DNA of 24,000 bases from an uncultured Gammaproteobacteria bacterium. GTDB taxonomy: Bacteria; Pseudomonadota; Gammaproteobacteria; GCA-001735895. Each line of letters opens with the position of its first letter. The first letter of the stretch is position 1. Under the pieces are notes generated by a model. The model ran no database searches and was not told the origin of the DNA. It worked only from the letters and a program-made list of their open reading frames with translations. Shown here one piece after another: positions 15,398 through 22,228 of the stretch. The stretch spans positions 77 to 24,076 of the forward strand of contig CAMYML010000017.1 of NCBI GenBank assembly GCA_947259305.1, given 5' to 3'. Position numbers and translations under genes: made by a program.

Positions 15398-16480
15398 CTA
15401 AACTCCGACTGCTCTCAATGTAGGAGTTTTGTAGGAGATTGGCTTCGTAATCGATGCCACGACTTCACGTAAATGGTCGATTTCGACCCGGCTGTAGTGG
15501 GTCGTGATGTCGCCATTCTTGTGCCCCAACAAGTCTTTTCGGTCTTCGTTGCTCCAACCCGCCGCGCGCACCCGGCGCCCGAAGGTGTGCCGGAGATCGT
15601 GAACCCGCAGGTTGCGGAACTCCCATGGACAAGGTGCGCCGAGCTCGTCCTCGTATCGGTTCGCGGCCCGTTCCCGGCCGTGCTTCCAGCCCTTGCTGTA
15701 GACCCGGGTGCGCGGGAACACGAGATGCTCGTGCCTGCCAACCTGCTGGCGTAACACCGACTGCGCGATCGCATTCAATACCACGAAACGCTCCTGGCCA
15801 TTCTTTGAGCAATGCCCGGGCAGAATGAACAGGTCGTCGGCCTGTTGCCAGCTCCAGCGTAGCGAACACAGCTCCTGATCGCGCGCCCCGGTGTTGATCA
15901 GGAATAGAGCCATCCTGGCCAACGTGTGCGTGAGCTCCGACAGCAACAGGCGTTGTTCCTCCCAGCTGATCGGATAGGGTTTGCGCTGCGGGCCTTTTTC
16001 GAGCCGGAACAGCGGCGCCGTTTCGAGCCAGCTCAAGCCCGTATCCGCATCTCGCCAGTAGCGCGCGGCGAGGTTCAGGATGCGCCGCACGACCGCGATG
16101 TAGCGATTGATCGTGGCGGCCCTGCGACCCTTTCCGCGCATGTACTTGACGAAGGGTTCCAGCGTGCCGCTGTGCACCTGCTCCAGGTAAAGATCCCCGA
16201 TAAAGGGGTCGAGCGCGCGCAGGGCCTGGGCGTCATTGTGCAACGATTTCTTGGTTTCCTCCTCCAGGTACTTGGTTGCTGCTTCCCGGAACAGCCGACG
16301 GGGACGGATCCCGTAGAACTTGGCCCGGTGGTGCGTTGCCAGAATATGACTTAAGACCGCTTCCGCTTCTTCGAGGTCGCGCGTGCCAGTGCTGCCTTGA
16401 AGGCGTCGTCCGCCAATCCTTTTGTCGATATGCCAGATTCGGCCTCGTCGCTTGAGGCCAGGTGTCGTCTTTCTTGCCAT
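15398..16480 (-). CDS. int: Tyrosine-type site-specific integrase (P4-like genomic-island integrase)
   Basis: 360-aa ORF with catalytic-domain motifs ...INTGARDQEL..., HDLRHTFGRRVRAAG and LLGHKNGDITTHYSR. Adjacent to the tRNA. Confidence 0.92.
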   Translation of the reverse strand: MARKTTPGLKRRGRIWHIDKRIGGRRLQGSTGTRDLEEAEAVLSHILATHHRAKFYGIRPRRLFREAATKYLEEETKKSLHNDAQALRALDPFIGDLYLEQVHSGTLEPFVKYMRGKGRRAATINRYIAVVRRILNLAARYWRDADTGLSWLETAPLFRLEKGPQRKPYPISWEEQRLLLSELTHTLARMALFLINTGARDQELCSLRWSWQQADDLFILPGHCSKNGQERFVVLNAIAQSVLRQQVGRHEHLVFPRTRVYSKGWKHGRERAANRYEDELGAPCPWEFRNLRVHDLRHTFGRRVRAAGWSNEDRKDLLGHKNGDITTHYSRVEIDHLREVVASITKPISYKTPTLRAVGV

Positions 16481-16728
16481 GCTAATTCTCCGCTTGGCTT
16501 AGCCGGACACCCGTTGCGGGAGATATATTGATCTACCCAGGCGTCCAGTTCAAGTCGGTCGAAGGCGATGCCCTGCTTGCCGATGCGAATTTCAGTCAAA
16601 TACGGCCGTACCACGGCGTTGAAGCGATTGCGATCCATGCCGAGGTAGCGCGGCGCATCGCGGAAGCGGAGCAGCCTCGGTGTGATGGGTGGCGAGTGTT
16701 TCATTTGTGCGGACCGTGAATCGGGCAT
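16351..16728 (-). CDS. Excisionase/AlpA-like HTH DNA-binding protein
   Basis: 125-aa ORF with LLRFRDAPRYLGMDRNRFNAVVRPYLTEIRIGKQGIAFDRLELDAWVDQY, a MerR-type excisionase-like HTH. The last 130 nt overlap the integrase start out of frame. Start may instead be the Met at 16704. Confidence 0.65.
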   Translation of the reverse strand: MPDSRSAQMKHSPPITPRLLRFRDAPRYLGMDRNRFNAVVRPYLTEIRIGKQGIAFDRLELDAWVDQYISRNGCPAKPSGELAWQERRHLASSDEAESGISTKGLADDAFKAALARATSKKRKRS

Positions 16729-16871
16729 CTACAGATGGGTCAAGGTAGCATCAAGGTGGCACGAAAACTTGTTCGAAAGCTCACCTCTGGAGGGGGTTTT
16801 TCGAGCAAGTTAACGGGACTTAACGGTGACAAACTGGTGGTTTCGCGAACGAACCCCGGGGAGCACCACTA

Positions 16872-17123
16872 ATGGTAGAAACGACGAGTTCCTGCGCAAC
16901 GCCGCTGGCGCAGCAAATTACCGAACGCTACGGCCTGTTGCTTTCGCAGGCCCAGCTGGCGGAACTGCTGGGCCGATCGGCCGACGGCCTGCGTTACAGC
17001 CTCAAATGCCCGAGCGATTCGAGCACGCGCGCGCTGAAGGCCTGCGGACGCAAGGTCGGGCGCCGGGTCTATTACCCGGCCGCCGAGGTCGCCCGGATCA
17101 TAATCGGTGGCGGCGAGTCATGA
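16872..17123 (+). CDS. Small HTH regulator, PrtN-like (pyocin-activator family)
   Basis: 83-aa ORF with LSQAQLAELLGRSADGLRYSL...RKVGRRVYYPAAEVARII. GGGGAG RBS. Its stop overlaps the next ATG (ATGA at 17120-17123). Confidence 0.6.
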   Translation: MVETTSSCATPLAQQITERYGLLLSQAQLAELLGRSADGLRYSLKCPSDSSTRALKACGRKVGRRVYYPAAEVARIIIGGGES

Positions 17124-17833
17124 GCAATACGATCATCCGCGCCCCGCGCCGTCACCGCTTCGTCGTCATGGACCAGCGCGCGGTCGAGGACGATCGCCTG
17201 TCCTGGGCGGCCAGGGGGCTGCTGTGCTACCTGCTGTCCCGCCCGGATGACTGGAAGGTGCTGGTCAATGATCTGCGCAAGCGCGGCAACCTGGGGCGTG
17301 ACGGGATTTACCGGCTGCTCAGGGAACTCCGCGAGCACGGCTATGCGCGCTTCCAGCGCTTGCGCGACAAGCATGGCCGCATCCGCGGCGGCATTTACTT
17401 TATTCGCGAGATCGCCGATTCACCATATCCGGATTTGCCGGATACGGTTTCGCCAGATACGGCTGCACCGGGTCCGGCAAACCCGGGAGCATTACCTAAT
17501 ACGGACTTAAACCTAAAAAGAACTACTACTACAACACCCACTACTACCAAAGGGGGTAGTAGTAGTGGTGAAAATGAAAACCCTGCCGTGTTGTTCGCCC
17601 CGTGGGTCCCCGCCGAACTCCAGGATGCGGCTCGGACCATGGTAGCCGAGCTCGATCCGGCCGAGGCACAGACCGTGATCGACGAATGGGCATGCTGCAT
17701 GGCGCTGGAGAAGATCGATATATCACCGCTCGGCTATCTGCAAGCCATGGTCAGGCGATATCAGGAAGGCAATTTCGGATCGAACCTGGCAAAGGCCATG
17801 GCTGACATTCGAGTGAAGCAGTTGGACGAGTAG
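17120..17833 (+). CDS. Winged-helix replication-initiator-like protein (HTH_36 type)
   Basis: Starts MSNTIIRAPRRHRFVVMDQRAVEDDRLSWAARGLLCYLLSRPDDWKV..., has a low-complexity linker TTTTTPTTTKGGSSSGE, and is translationally coupled to the upstream ORF. The ORF-track N-extension (16826-17119) overlaps the PrtN-like gene in another frame and is rejected. Confidence 0.65.
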   Translation: MSNTIIRAPRRHRFVVMDQRAVEDDRLSWAARGLLCYLLSRPDDWKVLVNDLRKRGNLGRDGIYRLLRELREHGYARFQRLRDKHGRIRGGIYFIREIADSPYPDLPDTVSPDTAAPGPANPGALPNTDLNLKRTTTTTPTTTKGGSSSGENENPAVLFAPWVPAELQDAARTMVAELDPAEAQTVIDEWACCMALEKIDISPLGYLQAMVRRYQEGNFGSNLAKAMADIRVKQLDE

Positions 17834-17871
17834 TGCACAGTGCAGCGATTTAGCGTCTAAATCGGCAGGGG

Positions 17872-17913
17872 TGTCGAATTTCGACAGTCTGATTGCCGCT
17901 TGAACGGTTCAAG
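17872..17913. promoter_or_regulatory. Two perfect 7-1-7 palindromes, candidate protein-binding sites
   Basis: TGTCGAAtTTCGACA (17872-17886) and CTTGAACgGTTCAAG (17899-17913), 12 nt apart, just downstream of the Rep-like gene. Confidence 0.4.
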
Positions 17914-18017
17914 TTCCCAACATTGCGCCCGACGATCAAATAACCTGTGAACGTCGATGATAACGAAAGATCGGTGAAAGCAGCGTGGCGGTCGAAAGCC
18001 TGGCCTGATCCGAAGGT

Positions 18018-18058
18018 GGCCGCGTCACTACAGAGCGCAGCGCGGTAGTGACGCGGCC
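18018..18058. repeat. 14-bp perfect GC-rich inverted repeat (hairpin/cruciform)
   Basis: GGCCGCGTCACTAC (18018-18031) and GTAGTGACGCGGCC (18045-18058), with a 13-nt loop. Confidence 0.55.
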
Positions 18059-18699
18059 ATAATCGTGACCTAAGTGCGAGCCGTGCCTGGATATTCCGGA
18101 AATTCGCGCGGATGCCGGCTGGATTATGGCGTGAAAAATCGCAGGCCGGACGATATACTACAGGCAGCTTTTGAATTCATCCGCGGCCACTGCGGCAAAG
18201 TGGCAACCAAGGCACCGCCGGATCGTGAGACCGGTGCCACGGCGCAAGCCGCGATCCATCTTCGATATCGGGTAGTAGAAGTATTGGTGCTACCCAACTT
18301 CAATCCCGGACAGCTTCGATAACGCTGTCCATCCAAACAGGCATCCGCCTGTTCTTTAACGCGAGCCGCACCAGGCGACGGTCTTTGACCGATCGGCTAC
18401 CGCGCTCATTTTCCAAACCCGCAGGCCTCGCCTGCATCTTTCAAAGGAGGTGTAACCACACTCGAAAACCGCCCGTACGGGCATGTTGGATGGCGCTGGA
18501 TTCTTCCCGTACCGGGAACATCAGCGTTGCCTCGGACCAGGCATTATCAGGTCGTTTTGGGGGTCGTGCCCCGTGACCGTATCGCGCGCCCTGAGCGTTG
18601 TTGAAAACAACGCGAGGAAGTGCCCTTGGGGTGCAAGCGGGTCCGTCAGCTCCGGCTGCCGGACAGGTCGGAAACACTAACCTGAAAGGAAAGTACACG

Positions 18700-19567
18700 A
18701 TGAGAGACCTGAACTACCAACTGAAACAACTCTGCCGACACTGCCGGGAGGGCAGCTACGCCACCCAGGCCAAGCGCGAGCGGATGCTGACCCTGATCGC
18801 CAACCAGCTGCACGAGCTGGGCTATCGGGGCATGCGCGCAAGATCGCTCAAGCCGAAACACATCGAGGCCCTGCTCGAGCGCTGGCGCGAGCAGGAGCTC
18901 TCGATCGGCACGATCAAGAACCGCATGGCCGCAATCCGATGGTGGGTAAATAAGGTGGACAAGCGCAACGTAGTGGCGCGATCGAACGAACACTACGGCA
19001 TCCCGGACCGGCGCTTCGTCACCAACGAATCGAAATCGAAGACCGTGACCCAGGAGCAACTGGAGAAAGTCAAAGACGAGCACGTACGCATGAGCCTGGA
19101 ACTGCAGCAGGCCTTCGGCCTGCGCCGCGAAGAGGCGATGAAATTCCAGCCAAGCTTCGCTGACCGGGGTGACCACCTCGTGCTCAAAGCGAGCTGGACC
19201 AAGGGTGGCAAGGAACGAGTCATACCGGTCCGGACCCAGGAACAACGCGACGTGCTCAACCGGGCGCGTCGGCTGGCCGGTTTCGGCTCCCTGATCCCGA
19301 GCAACCGCAATTACGTGCATCAGATGCGCGTCTACGAGGGCAACACCCTGCGCGCCGGACTCTCCCATATGCACGGGCTGCGCCATGCTTATGCCCAGAA
19401 TCGCTACGAGAATCTGACCGGCTGGCCATCACCGGCTGCGGGTGGCCCTGCATCCAAGACATTCACCCCCGAAACAACGCGAGGCCGACCGTCAGGCACG
19501 GCTCACCATCAGCCGCGAGCTTGGTCATGAGCGCGAAGCCGTCACCACCGCCTACTTAGGAAGATGA
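18700..19567 (+). pseudogene. Second tyrosine-recombinase-family gene (Integrase_1-like), frameshifted before the catalytic Tyr
   Basis: ATG 18700 follows AAGGA. Contains FGLRREEA and HGLRHAYA motifs. After the C5 run at 19466-19470 the conserved tail PKQREADRQARLTISRELGHEREAVTTAYLGR* continues in the +1 frame to TGA 19565-19567. The annotated frame instead ends at 19530. Confidence 0.8.
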
Positions 19568-19676
19568 GGATCCATTCGTGCACATGCCGCAATATCCTGT
19601 CTGAGAAGTCCCAGCTCCGATTTATCGCCCCAAAAATACCAAGCGTACTTATGATTTGTTGGTGTAAGGTTACCTC

Positions 19677-20420
19677 ATGAAGATTCATGTTCTGAACGAC
19701 CTGCATATCGAATTCGGCGCATTCGAACCGCCATCCACCACCGCCGATGTCGTGGTGCTGGCGGGAGATATTGGCGTGGGCCTAGAAGGTATGCGCTGGG
19801 CGCGGTCCTGTTTTGCAGACAGGCCCGTCATCTATGTGCCCGGTAATCACGAGTTCTATCATCATGACATTGCCTTGATTGATGAGCTTAAGGCATGCAC
19901 GCCAGCCCACATCCATGTGCTCAACGACAACGAGGTCGAAATCGACGGTGTGCGTTTTCTTGGCAGCATACTGTGGACCGACTTCGCCTTGTTTGGTGAG
20001 GCGGAAAAATGGTTCTCCATGCAACAGGCGCGGCAGGGGATGAATGACTTTGCGATTATTCAGAATAACGGCCGGCCCTTCACCCCGGAAGATGCCATGC
20101 AACTGCACACAGCCAGCCGGGACTGGCTGACGAACAGGCTGGCGGAACCCTTTGCCGGCAAGACAGTCGTTGTCACTCACCACTGTCCCTCATCAAGATC
20201 GGTACCCCCACGCTTTGCCAATGACCTCCTGAGCCCGGCCTTCGCCAGCAATCTTGAGGGCTTGATGGGCGGCGACCGGGTGGTGCTGTGGATTCATGGT
20301 CATACTCATGATCCATTCGATTATGAGGTAGACGGTACCCGGGTGGTGTGCAACCCACGCGGCTATGCGCCCCATGACCTGACGCCGGGATTCAGGCCCG
20401 ACCTGGTCGTGGAGATCTAA
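19677..20420 (+). CDS. Calcineurin-like metallophosphoesterase
   Basis: 247-aa ORF with the ordered motifs DLH, AGD, GNHE, THH and GHTH. Confidence 0.85.
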   Translation: MKIHVLNDLHIEFGAFEPPSTTADVVVLAGDIGVGLEGMRWARSCFADRPVIYVPGNHEFYHHDIALIDELKACTPAHIHVLNDNEVEIDGVRFLGSILWTDFALFGEAEKWFSMQQARQGMNDFAIIQNNGRPFTPEDAMQLHTASRDWLTNRLAEPFAGKTVVVTHHCPSSRSVPPRFANDLLSPAFASNLEGLMGGDRVVLWIHGHTHDPFDYEVDGTRVVCNPRGYAPHDLTPGFRPDLVVEI

Positions 20421-20450
20421 ACGACAGCTAAAACCTTAGACTGAATGTTT

Positions 20451-20496
20451 GTGTATAAGTATTGACATATAATAATAAATGTCGATACTTATACAC
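20451..20496. promoter_or_regulatory. abiE promoter/operator: 18-bp imperfect palindrome containing TTGACA
   Basis: GTGTATAAGTATTGACAT (20451-20468) and ATGTCGATACTTATACAC (20479-20496), with one mismatch, flank ATAATAATAA. TTGACA is at 20462-20467 and a GATACT -10 candidate at 20484-20489 (16-nt spacer). Confidence 0.5.
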
Positions 20497-21102
20497 ATGA
20501 CCAAAGAGACTACGACAGAACAGGTGCTGGAACTCGCAAGGCGAATGGGTGTGCTGCGGGTGCGTGACCTGACATCACGGGGGATTCACCCGGAATATGT
20601 GCGACGTCTATGCAAAAAAGGCCTGCTTGTGCGTACCGGCCGAGGGCTCTATGTAGTGGCGGACGCCGAGATTTCGGTCCATCACGGCCTGGCGGAGGCG
20701 TGTAAGCGGGCGCCTCATGGGGTGGTCTGCCTACTGTCCGCGCTCCAGTTTTATGAGCTTGGTACACAGAGCCCCTTTGAAGTATGGATGGCGCTGGATC
20801 GTAGAGCGGCACGGCCGCGTATTGACTACCCACCGCTGCGCATTATGCGCTTTTCCGGTGAGGCACTAACGGAAGGCGTGGAAGAACATTCGATCGAAGG
20901 TGTTAAGGTCAGGCTCTACAATCCGGCAAAGACCGTGGCGGATTGTTTCAAGTACCGCAACAAAATCGGACTTGATGTTGCACTGGAGGCGCTGCGCGAT
21001 TGTCGTGAACAGAAGAAATGCAGCAATGATGATCTCTGGCGCTATGCAAAGATCTGTCGCGTGGCGAATGTCATGCGCCCTTATCTGGAGGCAACCGCAT
21101 GA
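20497..21102 (+). CDS. abiEi: Type IV toxin-antitoxin system antitoxin AbiEi
   Basis: AbiEi_4-like N-terminal wHTH (VLRVRDLTSRGIHPEYVRRLCKKGLLVRTGRGLY) and C-terminal domain. Start is ATG 20497, or ATG 20479 inside the operator arm. Its stop overlaps the abiEii ATG. Confidence 0.85.
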   Translation: MTKETTTEQVLELARRMGVLRVRDLTSRGIHPEYVRRLCKKGLLVRTGRGLYVVADAEISVHHGLAEACKRAPHGVVCLLSALQFYELGTQSPFEVWMALDRRAARPRIDYPPLRIMRFSGEALTEGVEEHSIEGVKVRLYNPAKTVADCFKYRNKIGLDVALEALRDCREQKKCSNDDLWRYAKICRVANVMRPYLEATA

Positions 21103-22025
21103 CCAAGGACCGGCCTGCCAACCTCCCGGCATCTATTCGTCAGCGGCTGCTGAATCTGAGTATCAGTCGTAACGAAGACCCAAACCTAACCCTCACGCGC
21201 TATGCCCTGGAACGGCTGTTGTACCGGCTTGCGCATTCTGAGTACGCAGGGCAATTCATACTCAAGGGCGCCATGTTGTTCGCGATATGGATGGAATCGG
21301 CGCATCGGCCGACGCGTGATCTGGACCTGCTAGGCTTTGGTGATGCCACCAGCGAAAGGTTGACTGAGATTTTCCAGCGGCTTTGCAGTGTGGAAGTCGA
21401 GCCTGATGGACTGACATTCGACGCCCAAAGCGTGCGCATCTCCGAGATACGAGAAGGGCAAGGGTATCCGGGGCAACGTGTGAAATTTGTTGGACTGCTG
21501 GGTACCGCCAGGATCCCGGTGCAGATCGATGTGGGTTTCGGCGACGCGGTCACGCCAGAAGCGATAAAGATCAACTACCCAACGCTGCTCGATCTGCCGG
21601 CACCCCAAATGCGCGCCTATCCACCTGAGACAGTTGTTGCCGAGAAACTTCAGGCAATGGTGACCCTGGGTATGCAGAATAGCCGTATGAAGGATTTCTA
21701 CGATCTTTGGATCATTGCCAGACAGTTTTCCTTCGACGGTGTATCACTGGCGGCGGCTGTCCAGGCGACCTTCAATCGCCGCCAGACAGCTATTCCCAAC
21801 TCCATTCCGATCGCATTAAGTGAAGAGTTTTCAACGGATGAGCACAAGGCCAGGCAATGGAAAGCCTTTCTCGCACGCAGCCAACTGGAAGGGCCAGATA
21901 TCGGGCTCTCACACGTAGTTAACGAACTTCGTACTTTCCTCATGCCCATACTTGATTCACTTGTAAATGCTGAAGATTTCAATCACTCGTGGGAGAATGG
22001 TGGGCCTTGGGAAGCCAAAGGATAA
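21099..22025 (+). CDS. abiEii: Nucleotidyltransferase toxin AbiEii (DUF1814)
   Basis: 308-aa ORF with FILKGAMLF...RPTRDLDLLGFGD and later VAEKLQAM, matching the AbiEii/AbiGii family. ATGA overlap with abiEi. Confidence 0.88.
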   Translation: MTKDRPANLPASIRQRLLNLSISRNEDPNLTLTRYALERLLYRLAHSEYAGQFILKGAMLFAIWMESAHRPTRDLDLLGFGDATSERLTEIFQRLCSVEVEPDGLTFDAQSVRISEIREGQGYPGQRVKFVGLLGTARIPVQIDVGFGDAVTPEAIKINYPTLLDLPAPQMRAYPPETVVAEKLQAMVTLGMQNSRMKDFYDLWIIARQFSFDGVSLAAAVQATFNRRQTAIPNSIPIALSEEFSTDEHKARQWKAFLARSQLEGPDIGLSHVVNELRTFLMPILDSLVNAEDFNHSWENGGPWEAKG

Positions 22026-22126
22026 AGCGTCATGATTAACAGTTAAAAGCTGTCAGACTGGAAAGATCAGAAAAAGAGACCAGATTTAGGTCTGTTTAGT
22101 AAAAGAAAGGAAATTACATAAAACAT

Positions 22127-22228
22127 ATGTCCCGGTTTGTTGAAAAGGAAGCCCTCTCCCGTGTCGTGATTGATGCACAGCTCAAGGACGTCGGCTGGAA
22201 TCTCACCGATGGTCAGCGTGCGTTATGA
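22127..22228 (+). CDS. 33-aa ORF resembling the extreme N-terminus of restriction-endonuclease R subunits; possible gene remnant
   Basis: MSRFVEKEALSRVVIDAQLKDVGWNLTDGQRAL*. The E..(S/T)R..ID..L...GW pattern is typical of HsdR_N-type N-termini. Its stop (22226-22228) overlaps the methylase ATG (22225-22227). Confidence 0.35.
   Translation: MSRFVEKEALSRVVIDAQLKDVGWNLTDGQRAL

Noticed and set aside
16826-17119. N-terminal 98-codon extension of the Rep-like ORF
   Set aside because: It overlaps the better-supported PrtN-like ORF in another frame and is Arg/Gly/Pro-rich low-complexity sequence. ATG 17120 forms a coupled ATGA junction and begins the conserved region.
18440-18452. Perfect Shine-Dalgarno-like AAAGGAGGTG in the island non-coding region
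   Set aside because: The only nearby start (GTG) is followed immediately by TAA, so no ORF follows and it is probably coincidental.
18646-19386. 246-aa minus-strand ORF opposite the second recombinase gene
   Set aside because: It is a shadow ORF, and the plus-strand frame carries the recombinase motifs.
19651-19680. 9-codon upstream ORF (MICWCKVTS) whose stop overlaps the metallophosphoesterase ATG
   Set aside because: It is too short to evaluate, has no RBS, and such ATGA overlaps arise by chance. I noted it only as a possibility.
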